64,000 nt of DNA from an uncultured Acidobacteriota bacterium (GTDB taxonomy: Bacteria > Acidobacteriota > JAQAZP01): assembly GCA_963836075.1 (NCBI GenBank), contig CAWIIB010000001.1:32001-96000 (forward strand), written 5' to 3'. The notes under the pieces are model-generated. The model saw only the letters and a list, made by a program, of their open reading frames with translations, made no database searches and was not told the DNA's origin. Below, piece by piece: positions 20,930 through 30,652 of the stretch (the first letter of the stretch is position 1; each line of letters opens with the position of its first letter). The position numbers and the translations under genes are program-made.

Positions 20930-22225
20930 ATGGCCAGGGATATATATATGCAGTATAAGCAATATATTGCAAATAATATGAATTTGCGCCTTTATGACAT
21001 CGCTTTTACCAGAGGCAATCAACAGTATTTATTCGATATTAATAACATCAAATATCTTGATATGTTCTCCGGTGCAACAACTGCCATACTCGGGTACAAC
21101 AACGATGAAATCATAAATGAGTATGTGAAGACTTGTAAAAAGTTGCACCATACATGCAGTGTCTATACTCCTACAGAAGAAGTTATACATCTTGCGAGTA
21201 AATTAGTAGGAATCGTACCATCTTCTGGTTCAAATAAAGTAATATTTGGTCTTTCTGGGTCAGATGCCATTGAATGTTCGATTAAGGCGGCAAGAAAATA
21301 TACAAACCGAAGTGTTGTAATCTGCTTTGATAAAGCCTACCATGGCTCATGCGGGTTATCCATCAGCGCAACACAATGGGACTCGTTGCAAGAAGGGCTT
21401 CTACTTGATAACCATTTCATAACGTTTCCATACCCAAAGAGTTGTGACGAAGGAGAGAACGTTCTGTCGGAAATTGTTAAGTATGTAAACCAGGATCTGC
21501 CTGCTGCTGTGATTATGGAGTCTATACAAGGTGATGGAGGTATGTATCCTGGAAATAAAGCATTCATGAAAACCTTAACTGATTTATGCAATCAAAAAGA
21601 GATACTTGTAATTATAGATGAAATCCAGTCCGGAATGTCCAGAACCGGTAAATGGTGGGGATATGAACACGTCGATATTAAACCTGATATAGTCGTTATT
21701 GGGAAGTCTACAAGCGCTGGTTACGGTGTGCTAAGTGCTGTAATAGGAAGGGGTGATGTGCTGGATTCATTACGTAAGGGGCAACATGTCTTTACATATT
21801 CTGCAAGTCCATATTCTTGTTCTGTCTGCTCCAAAGTCATTGATATTATAAAAAGGGATAATCTTCTTACAAATAATGAGCAACTCGGTGCGTATTATTT
21901 AAATAAGTTGAAAAAAATATCTTCTCCACTAATTGCAGGGGTCAGAGGAATAGGTTTAATGATAGGAGTCGAGATTCGTAATCAAGATAATATTAATGCG
22001 GGTCTTGTTGGATTGCGTTGTGCAGAAAAAGGTATTTATTTTGGGTATTATGGACAAAACAATGAAGTATTACGAATACATCCACCATACATTATTAACA
22101 AAAATAATATTGACGTTGCATGTGAAGCAATCGAAGAGACCCTACAAGAGATCACCCTAGGTTTAATACCAAAAGAAACATATTCAAAATTCAATAACGT
22201 ATGTGTTGGATTAGGAGAGCCATGA
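20930..22225 (+). CDS. Class III PLP-dependent aminotransferase
   Basis: YLDMFSG, SGSDAIE, AYHGS, ESIQGDGG, DEIQSGMSRTG, PDIVVIGKS, VRGIGLMIGVE. Confidence 0.9.
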   Translation: MARDIYMQYKQYIANNMNLRLYDIAFTRGNQQYLFDINNIKYLDMFSGATTAILGYNNDEIINEYVKTCKKLHHTCSVYTPTEEVIHLASKLVGIVPSSGSNKVIFGLSGSDAIECSIKAARKYTNRSVVICFDKAYHGSCGLSISATQWDSLQEGLLLDNHFITFPYPKSCDEGENVLSEIVKYVNQDLPAAVIMESIQGDGGMYPGNKAFMKTLTDLCNQKEILVIIDEIQSGMSRTGKWWGYEHVDIKPDIVVIGKSTSAGYGVLSAVIGRGDVLDSLRKGQHVFTYSASPYSCSVCSKVIDIIKRDNLLTNNEQLGAYYLNKLKKISSPLIAGVRGIGLMIGVEIRNQDNINAGLVGLRCAEKGIYFGYYGQNNEVLRIHPPYIINKNNIDVACEAIEETLQEITLGLIPKETYSKFNNVCVGLGEP

Positions 22226-22229
22226 AATC

Positions 22230-22821
22230 TGGGGTCCACATCTCTTTTACCTGCTGAGTAATTTGAAGATCGACCGGCCAAACCAGGTCTGGTGCGCTGA
22301 TATCACCTACATCCCGATGCGGCGCGGCTTCCTCTACCTGGTGGCGATCATGGACTGGTCGACCCGGCCGTGCTCTCCTGGCGGCTGTCCAACACGATGG
22401 ACTCGGGTTTTTGCATCGACGCGCTCAAGGAGGCGCTGCGCGTTACGGGACGCCGGAGATCTTCAATACCGACCAGGGCAGCCAGTTTACCGACGATGGC
22501 TTTACCGACGTGCTGAAGACCGCCAACGTCCGGATCTCGATGGACGGCAAGGGCCGGTGGATGGACAACGTGTTCATCGAACGGCTCTGGCGCTCTCTCA
22601 AATACGAATGCGTTTATCTGCATGGTTTCGAGAACGGCATCTAGGCCCTGAAGAAGATCGGGACCTGGATCAAGCATTACAATGAGGACCGCCCCCACCC
22701 ACTGTTCGATGATGACAAGACGCCCATGGAGGCTTACACCGAGAGGATGGCGGCGTGATCAACAACGTGGAGTCCACCTTAAACTGGCCTGAGGGCTGTC
22801 CAAAGAATGGGGTCCACCTCT
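22230..22821 (+). mobile_element. IS3 family element copy B (3' part only), related to copy A
   Basis: IDRPNQVWCADITYIPMRRGFLYLVAIMDW...ERLWRSLKYECVYL. Right end GGGGTCCACCTCT. Confidence 0.85.
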
Positions 22822-22980
22822 ACCTGTTAACCGGAGAGGGCGGAGGATACCGTATATTTGTATCATTTGAGAACACTTAAGTGCTCGTTCAAAAGATAGC
22901 CAGACCGCAGTATAATTTTAGTAGTTGAATGTGCGATACTTATTTGGATTTGTTAACCGGACAAAAGAGGAAACCGAAAA

Positions 22981-23877
22981 ATGAACAAGATTCTGATGGT
23001 GCTCACCCTCATTTTGTTTCTGGGCTGTCTTTGCGGAGTCTATTCATTGAGCAAGTATTTTCTCCGCCAAACGGCATATCACTTCTTTGAATCGAGAATT
23101 GGAGAAATCTAGCCAGGCGGTGGAGGAGCTGACCAGTCTACTGGGCGCGAAGTGTCCAACGAAGATGGTCTTTCTGCATCATTCCGTGGGGCGGAACATT
23201 CTAAATGCTGGGGGCTTGCGGCGCCAATTGCTCGATCTCGGTATTTTCGTCAGCGGTGCGACATATGGTGACGATATTGGCCAGCACACCGATATTCGTG
23301 GACTGGCTGCCGAAGTTCGAGAACGAGATGGAGAAAATACTCACGTTCAAGTCGCACCCAAACCAATACTATTCGGATGGAACCAGAAACGAAATCGTGA
23401 TGTTCAAATCTTGCTATCCAAACAGTGATATCGTGGATGTATCCTCTGTTACAGTCGGACTCCGCTGCTTTCGCCTAAAACAATGGTCAACTTACCAGTC
23501 CGCCTTCATTTCTCTGAAGCATGAAATGATGAAGAGGGGGGACACGTTTTTCGTCTATCTGACGGCCCCTCCCCTGATTCCGGAAAAGACCACCCCTGAG
23601 AATGCGGCCCGGGCCCGACAGTTCAATGACTGGCTGATCAACGAATACCTCGCGGAGTACCGGAGATGAATCGTCTAGCGATAATTTCATCGTCTTTGAC
23701 CTGTTCGGTTTCCTTGCCGGTCCGGACAATATGCTGAAGGAAGCGTATCGTGTCGACAAGCCGGCTGACGCACATCCGAACGACGAGGCCAGCAAACTCG
23801 CAGCCGAGGCGTTTGTCGAATTCTTCACTCCACTGTGGGAAGAATGGGAGAGGAGAAAGGGGGAGGGGGCTGTCTGA
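22981..23877 (+). CDS. Membrane-anchored SGNH-like protein, paralog 2 (frameshifts)
   Basis: Clearly homologous to 9841-10732 along its length: MNKIL, CPTKMVFLHHSVG, DWLPKFENEMEKILTFKSHPN, DAHPNDEAS, PLWEEWERRKGEGAV. Confidence 0.65.
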
Positions 23878-23926
23878 GGCCGCCCAATCGACACGGTATT
23901 TCAACTCTTTCAAATCGGAGACCGAA

Positions 23927-25247
23927 ATGCTCGAACAGTTGCTGGAGAAGATCGAATCCCGCAAGGCCGTGATCGGCATTGTCGGGCTGGGCTATGTTGG
24001 CCTGCCGCTGGTGCGGGAATTTGCCGGTGGCGGCGCGAAGGTGCTTGGATTTGACGTGGATGCCAAAAAGGTCAAGTCCCTTCTGGCGGGCAAGAGCTAC
24101 ATCGACCACATCCCCTCCCGAACGGTCAAGGAAATTGTCCAGCAGCGGGCGTTTCGATGCCACCACCGATTTCACCCGGCTCGGGGAAGCCGACTGCATC
24201 CTGATCTGCGTTCCCACCCCGTTGACCAGGATGCGCGAACCTGACATGACCTATGTCGAGGCCACGGCACGGACCATTGCCGAGAACCTTCGGCGCGGGC
24301 AGCTGGTCGTCCTGGAATCCACCACCTATCCCGGCACCACCCGGGAGGTGATGCTGCCGCTGCTCGAGGAATCCGGGCTGAAGGTGGGGAAGGATTTCTT
24401 CCTCGGCTTTTCACCCGAGCGGGAGGACCCGGGCCGCAAGGATTTCAGCACCCGGACGATCCCCAAGGTGGTCGGGGGGTATGATCGGAACTCGCTCAAG
24501 GCGGCGGTGGCCTGTTACCAGATCGCCATCGACACGGTGGTCCCGGTGTCCAGCTGCGAAGCGGCCGAGGCCTGCAAGATCCTCGAGAACACCTACCGCT
24601 GTGTCAACATCGCCCTGGTCAACGAGCTGAAGGTGCTCTTCGACCGGATGGGCATCGATGTCTGGGAGGTCATCGCCGGCTCGGCCACCAAGCCCTTCGG
24701 CTTCACGCCGTTCTACCCCGGGCCGGGTCTGGGGGGGCACTGCATCCCCATCGATCCCTTCTACCTCTCCTGGAAGGCCAAGCAGTTCGGGATGACCACG
24801 CGGTTCATCGAGCTGGCCGGCGAGATCAACGTCTCCATGCCGGAGTTCGTGATCCACAAGTTGATGGATGCCCTCAATGACCGCGTAAGAAGGCCCTTAG
24901 GGGGTCGCGGATACTGGTGCTCGGCCTGGCCTACAAGAAGGACATCGACGACGTGCGCGAGAGCCCGTCCCTCGAGCTGATCAAGCTGCTGCGGGAGAAG
25001 GGCGCCCGGGTCGACTACAACGACCCCTATCTGCCCGAAAACGCACAAGATGCGCGAATACAACCTGCAGATGACGTCGAAGAAGCTGACGGCGGCGATG
25101 CTCAAGCGCTACGATGCCGTGCTGATCAGCACCGATCACTCGGTATACGACTACCAGTTCATCGTCGACAACGCGCAGCTGGTTATCGATACCCGCAACG
25201 CCACCGGGAATGTCAAACGCGGCCGCAGGAAGATCGTCAGTGCCTGA
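23927..25247 (+). CDS. Nucleotide-sugar dehydrogenase (WbpA/WecC-type; frameshifts)
   Basis: [69 protein letters not shown]. Confidence 0.92.
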
Positions 25248-25280
25248 CCGGTGCGACCGGAGCAAAGGAAACCTGATGCC

Positions 25281-26225
25281 ATGGCAAAATATCTGATCAC
25301 CGGCGGAGCCGGATTTATCGGCAGCAACCTGGCCCGTTACATCCTCGACAAGGGTGGGGAAGTGGTGGTGCTCGACAACTTCGCCACCGGCAAGAGAGAG
25401 AACCTCGCCGGGATCGAAGGGCAATATGTGCTGGTTGAAGGCGATATCCGCGACCGGAGCGCCGTGGATCGCGCCATGGACGGCTGTTCGGCGGTATTCC
25501 ATCAGGCGGCGCTGGGATCCGTGCCGCGGAGCATGGAAGATCCGGGGACCAGCCACGATGTGAACGTCAACGGAACGGTCAACATCCTTGAATCCGCTCG
25601 CGCGGCCGGGGTCAGGCGGGTGGTCTTTGCCGCCTCCTCGAGCGCGTACGGCGACCAGGTCGAGTCACCGAAGCACGAAGGCATGGTGCCGTTGCCGATC
25701 AGCCCCTATGCGGCGGGCAAGGTGAGCTGTGAGTCGTATATGCGGGCCTACGCCAAGGGCTTCGGTATGGAAACGGTCAGTCTGCGCTACTTCAATGTCT
25801 TCGGTCCCCGCCAGGACCCGGAAGGCGCCTATGCGGCGGTGATCCCGGCCTTTGTCAGCCGGTTGCTGCGTGACCAGCGGCCAACCGTCTACGGTGACGG
25901 CGAGCAGTCGCGGGATTTCTGCTACATTGAAAATGTCTGCAATGCCAACTGGCTGGCCGCCCACGCACCAGCCGCTGAATGCAGTGGCGCAGTGGTCAAC
26001 ATCGCCTGTGGAGAACGGGTCAGCCTCAACGAGATCCTCTCGCTGCTGCGGCAATTGCTGGATAGCGATCTTCAAGCCGAGTACCAGGATGTCCGTCCGG
26101 GCGACGTCAAACACTCCCTGGCCGACGTCTCTCTGGCCAAAAAGGTGATCGGCTACGAACCGTCGATCATGTTCAAGGAAGGCCTGGAGAAGGCGATCGG
26201 CTGGTATCGCGAGAACCTGGGCTGA
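25281..26225 (+). CDS. NAD-dependent UDP-sugar 4-epimerase (WbpP-like SDR)
   Basis: ITGGAGFIGS, HQAALGSVPRS, PISPYAAGK (YxxxK), LRYFNVFGPRQDP. Confidence 0.92.
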   Translation: MAKYLITGGAGFIGSNLARYILDKGGEVVVLDNFATGKRENLAGIEGQYVLVEGDIRDRSAVDRAMDGCSAVFHQAALGSVPRSMEDPGTSHDVNVNGTVNILESARAAGVRRVVFAASSSAYGDQVESPKHEGMVPLPISPYAAGKVSCESYMRAYAKGFGMETVSLRYFNVFGPRQDPEGAYAAVIPAFVSRLLRDQRPTVYGDGEQSRDFCYIENVCNANWLAAHAPAAECSGAVVNIACGERVSLNEILSLLRQLLDSDLQAEYQDVRPGDVKHSLADVSLAKKVIGYEPSIMFKEGLEKAIGWYRENLG

Positions 26226-26272
26226 TCAGCAGAAGACCGGGGGCATCCGGAATCTGCCTGACCGTCGACCGT

Positions 26273-26854
26273 TCAGTTGACCTGCGGGCTATCAATGGGG
26301 ATCAGTCGGCCGTGATCCAGGTAGAGATCCACCTTCCTCTCGGGCGATACCATGAAAATCACCACCGCCTGAATCGACCCGGTATCCAGCTTTCGGTGCT
26401 TTCCGGAAACCATCAGTCCGTCCAGCGGGATGGTCACCGTGTTGTGCCCCGGTGTGAGGGGGACGCGACGGTTGACGCGGTCCCGGTATTCCGGCTTGTC
26501 CTCACGGTCATCGATCCGGACCACCAGTTCCAGGTTGTCTTTGCCCGGGTTGAATACGTCGAAGGTGAAGGCACTGAATCCCCGCCAGTCGGAGTGTCGG
26601 ATACGAGGGGTTGAAACCGGGATATGCGTGAGGGGAAGAGTTCGAGGTGCAGCGCTTTCTCGCCGTGAGTGACATGCTCATTCGACAGGCTGAAAAGAGT
26701 AGTGGCACTTCCAAGACATTCGATCCAGTTCCTCCTCGGTTTCGAAGTCGAAGAGGATCTCTTCCCTCGATGGCGGGTTCTGCCCGCAGGTACGCACAAG
26801 AACAGAACGATGAAACAGCAGCGATAACCGGCCTGTCATGTTTCCATCGTTCAT
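26273..26854 (-). CDS. Hypothetical exported protein, carbohydrate-binding-like (frameshifts)
   Basis: Joined frames: ILFDFETEEELDRMSWKCH...HVTHGEKALHLELFPS...VRIDDREDKPEYRDRVN...YLDHGRL. Confidence 0.5.
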
Positions 26855-27715
26855 AATGCTATCGTCACCGTGATGAAGACCTGCGGTCTGACCGGCGGTC
26901 GAAATGCAACACCACCAACTCCGGCCTCCGTCCAATCCTCACCGGGAACTGGCTGGTGCCCACCCCCCGGCTGACATACATCTGTTTCCTCTCCGTCCGA
27001 AAGTGGCCTTGATCGTATACGGCGCATTTCTCGTAGCCCAGCAGGCTCCAGACCCGGGAGGGCAGTGGCACCTGGCCGCCGTGGGTGTCCCCGGAGAGCA
27101 CCAGCAGATCCCGGTTTCCCGGGCAGCGCGTCGAAAGCGAGGGGGCTGTGGCTGAGCAGGATGTGGGGTCTGGGCCCTGTTGGCTGTTCCAGATCCTTTT
27201 CATCCAGCCCGCCGATCACGATCTCTCCCTCCGGGAGGCGGACCAGTTCGGCGGAGTTTCGCAGAAACCGGACAGCGTGGCTGTTTGACGGCTTGCCCGT
27301 TCCCGACTCGTGACAGAAGAGGCAGCTTTTTCGGGAGTTGCTGTAATCGTAATCACCCATCACCGCCCAGATTCCGATCCGGGCCTGAAGCCGGCTCAGA
27401 AACTCGAGGGCGGCCTCGTAGTCGCCGTCCCACTGCACATAATCCCCGGTGAGGAAGATGACGTCGGGGTCGAGATCGTCCAGCAGATCGAGGATCTTTT
27501 TCTCCCGCCGGCCGATGCTGCTCATGTGCAGGTCGGAGATCTGGACCACCACCAGATCGCGCAAGACTGCGCCGGGGGTGAAATCCTCGATCTGCACATG
27601 GTGCACCTCGAGGAGATACGGCTCGATGAGTGTTCCGTAGAGTGTCAGTACAGGTGATCACTCCGATGAGTAGCAGAGCAAGAATCTTGAGTGGTTTCGA
27701 CGGGTGCTGCCTCAA
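26851..27715 (-). CDS. Metallophosphoesterase (calcineurin-like, YkuE-type; frameshifts)
   Basis: QISDLH, FLTGDY, LLSHSP, LSGDTHGGQV, YVSRGVGTS. Confidence 0.85.
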
Positions 27716-29946
27716 ATCTGGTGCCTGATGATCTGCGGCATGACCGCGGTGATCTCCGGGTCGAGGTGCGAACCGGCCATGGTGGAGATCTCCTGCAGGG
27801 CTTCGGCAGGGGTCATGGCCGGGCGGTGCGGCCGGTGGGAGGTCAGGGCGTCGAAGATGTCGGCCGCGGCCACGATGCGGGCGGTGACCGGGATGTGGGT
27901 GCCCTTGAGCCCGTCGGGGTACCCCGAGCCGTCGAGCTTTTCGTGGTGGTGCAGCACCACGTCCCGCTCGGTGCGGCCGAAGGGCAGGGCCTGGAGCAGC
28001 TTCCAGCCCAGCGAGGTGTGGCTCTTGATGATTTCCAGGTCAAAGCGGTTGAAGCGGTGCTCCTGGGCCAGCACCTGGGGGTGGATGCCGATCATGCCGA
28101 TGTCGTGCAGCATGGCCGATTGCTCAAGTGCGGTGAGTTCCCTCTCCGGCAGACCGAGGTGCCGGCCGATCTCCAGCGAGTAGGTGGAGACCCGCTGGGC
28201 GTGGCCGTCCCTCCAGGGCAGCTGGACCTCGGCCATCCGGACCAGGGAGAGTGAGGCGAGGCTGATGAAGTCCTGCTGCAGGCTGTCGAAGCGCAGGCCT
28301 TCGGAGATGATCGCCGCGGCGGAATCGATCAGCGGCTTGACCCGGTCCAGGTCGGCCTTGCCAAAGGGATCCAGGCCGTGTTTGCGGTTGGTGTAGTTGA
28401 ACACCCCCAGGACCTGTCCCCGGTTGACCACCGGTACGCAGAGGCATGAGCGGTTGGTGTAGTTGCGGTTGCCCTGCCCGGTGAGCCTGGGGAAATCCCG
28501 CCGCACGTCTTCGGTGAACAGTGGGAGTTTTTCTTCGAGAATGTGGCCCAGCAATCCCTCGTTGGGATCGAGATCCACCTCCGACGGATCCTCGGTCATC
28601 TGCATGCCCCGCGATGCCTGCAGTTTGAGCAGGTTTCTCCGCGGCCCCTGCCGGGTCTGCAGGACCAGCGATCCGCGTTCGGCGCCCAGGCTCTCCATGC
28701 CCACCAGCAGCAGGAGATCGAGCAGCCGGTCGACCTTGAAGGAAGCGTTGGCGGCCAGTTCCATCTTCTCCAGGTCCGGGCGGAAGAGATGCCGCTGCTC
28801 CCGGTGCAGGCGGGATGGCGGCTCGGCAGGACGGGGCGGCAGGGACCCGGAATGAATGCTCCAGAGCCGGCGCTGCTGCTCCAGCAGGGGGGGGCGGAGG
28901 TGTTCCACCACCGAGAGATCCGGCTGCTGGCCGTTGGCCGGCAACGGCATGCTCACCGAGGTGAGCAGGGGCCGGACCGGGGGATCCCCGATCCCCAGTT
29001 CGTGGCGGATGGTCCGGCGCAGCCGGCGGGCCACGCGGCGGGCGTGAGTCCCGCTGGTTTCGGGAAGCAGCACCACCATCTCACCCGTGTCGTAGCGGGC
29101 CACCAGGTCACCGGGACGAAGCCTGCCGGTGAGCTGCTGGTTGAACTGGCGCATCAGGTTCTCGATATCCATGGAGGTATAGGAGAGGACCGCATCGTCG
29201 GGGGGCATCAGCGAGGCCAGCAGCAGCGACACCGGGCTGCCGGAGCGCCGGGCCCGCCCGTGTTCGCGCTTCAGCTCACGGGTCAGGTAGTCGTGCTCGA
29301 TCCGCTTCCACGGGCGGACATCGGCGTCGTCAACCGCCTCGTGGTCGCGCAGCAGCGCGGTGACCGCTTTTTCCGCCTGCTGGCTGAGAATCAGGAAGAG
29401 CCGTACGTCATCGGGGTGGAAAAAATCGGCCTGGCGGCTGAACAGCTGGAGCGCCCCGGCCAGTCTGGTGTCGGTGAAACAAGGTACGGAGAGGAAGGAA
29501 CGGGAGCCGTACTGTTTCAGCGTACCGGAGGTGGCTTCGTCACCGTCGCGGGAGGGCACCAGAAACGAGGCCTCATGGTCCAGGGTCCACTGGAGAAAGT
29601 GATTGCCCGCGGACAGTGCGTCCTCGGGCAACGGCAGATCCTCGAACCCCCGGCTGAAGGCGGCGAGGATCCCCTTGCGGTCGGGGTCCACCAGGTAGAG
29701 CAGGGCTCCGTCGAACCAGCGGATTTCCCGGGCCATATCGAGGAGGATGTTGATCGCCGATTCCGGATCGACGGCCAGACCCGTGATCCGGCTGGTGCGC
29801 AGCAGGACATTGATCTCCTCCAGACGACCGGCGGCGATCTGGGCGGTCACCTCGGGGGGGCTGTCGACGATGTAGCGCTTGATCGAATCGGCGGACAAGG
29901 TCACCTCGATAGGTAGTCTCCCCAGGTACGGAATGACCTCATTCAT
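27712..29946 (-). CDS. GAF + degenerate GGDEF + GAF + HD-GYP cyclic-dinucleotide phosphodiesterase
   Basis: LHDIG and HHEKLDGSGYPDGL. The GGDEF-like region reads RPGDLVARYDTGE. Two GAF-like segments (LSVP..GALQL; LCVP..LGVFN). Confidence 0.85.
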   Translation of the reverse strand: MNEVIPYLGRLPIEVTLSADSIKRYIVDSPPEVTAQIAAGRLEEINVLLRTSRITGLAVDPESAINILLDMAREIRWFDGALLYLVDPDRKGILAAFSRGFEDLPLPEDALSAGNHFLQWTLDHEASFLVPSRDGDEATSGTLKQYGSRSFLSVPCFTDTRLAGALQLFSRQADFFHPDDVRLFLILSQQAEKAVTALLRDHEAVDDADVRPWKRIEHDYLTRELKREHGRARRSGSPVSLLLASLMPPDDAVLSYTSMDIENLMRQFNQQLTGRLRPGDLVARYDTGEMVVLLPETSGTHARRVARRLRRTIRHELGIGDPPVRPLLTSVSMPLPANGQQPDLSVVEHLRPPLLEQQRRLWSIHSGSLPPRPAEPPSRLHREQRHLFRPDLEKMELAANASFKVDRLLDLLLLVGMESLGAERGSLVLQTRQGPRRNLLKLQASRGMQMTEDPSEVDLDPNEGLLGHILEEKLPLFTEDVRRDFPRLTGQGNRNYTNRSCLCVPVVNRGQVLGVFNYTNRKHGLDPFGKADLDRVKPLIDSAAAIISEGLRFDSLQQDFISLASLSLVRMAEVQLPWRDGHAQRVSTYSLEIGRHLGLPERELTALEQSAMLHDIGMIGIHPQVLAQEHRFNRFDLEIIKSHTSLGWKLLQALPFGRTERDVVLHHHEKLDGSGYPDGLKGTHIPVTARIVAAADIFDALTSHRPHRPAMTPAEALQEISTMAGSHLDPEITAVMPQIIRHQI

Positions 29947-30095
29947 ACCGAAGAGGGTTCTTCGAAAATCTGTTCGGGGCGGGGCGATTAGAGCGACTCA
30001 CCAATAATATAAGGACTGGGCCGGTGAGTCGTCAAGCCCGCAGGAGTAAGACAGCACCATCACCGACTGGACTGGAGGCGCCGGAAACAGGGGAA

Positions 30096-30335
30096 TCAGC
30101 CGGAGAGCCGCCGGAGGAAGGAGGCCGAGATGAGCATGATCAGACCGCTGGTGAGCAGGGCCAGGGAATCGGAGATCGAACGGCCATTGGAGGCCACGCC
30201 ATCCAGGGCCGGGTCCGGAGTGGAAAAATGACCAAGATCGGTGTTGTAGTTGGGGCCCACCGCTTGCGTACTGAAAAACAGGATCATTAACAAGGCCAAA
30301 AGTGCCAAGATTGTCAGGTGATGTAGCTTATGCAT
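30096..30335 (-). CDS. Small exported protein with C-terminal TM + basic tail (sorting-signal-like)
   Basis: 79 aa: hydrophobic N-terminus, short polar linker, then SDSLALLTSGLIMLISASFLRRLSG. Sigma54 promoter upstream. Confidence 0.55.
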   Translation of the reverse strand: MHKLHHLTILALLALLMILFFSTQAVGPNYNTDLGHFSTPDPALDGVASNGRSISDSLALLTSGLIMLISASFLRRLSG

Positions 30336-30405
30336 GAAATATTTACCGTTTCAAGAAACCTGTAGGCGAACTCCATAAACGCTTCAAAAATCGAAATGTT
30401 AATTA

Positions 30406-30421
30406 AGCAAATTTTATGCCA
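30406..30421 (-). promoter_or_regulatory. Sigma54 (-24/-12) promoter
   Basis: TGGCATAAAATTTGCT has exact GG-N10-GC spacing, 70 nt upstream of the 79-aa ORF. Confidence 0.7.
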
Positions 30422-30652
30422 GGTTCTGGGCCATTGAAAATCGCAGGGCCGGTTTTTCGACGGATTCGATCGTGCGTTGCAAATGGCTTACATCGCAGGG
30501 CATAGCGTCTTTCTGGTGTGGCGGATCCGTGCCCCAGGTTGGTCCGGATGGTAACGACGATCGCGATGATGTGAAAGGAGTTTCTTCTAGTGAGAAATAA
30601 GTTTCCGCTGGACGTTTTTTCCAGGGAATCACTACTGAGCGAGTAGACATGT

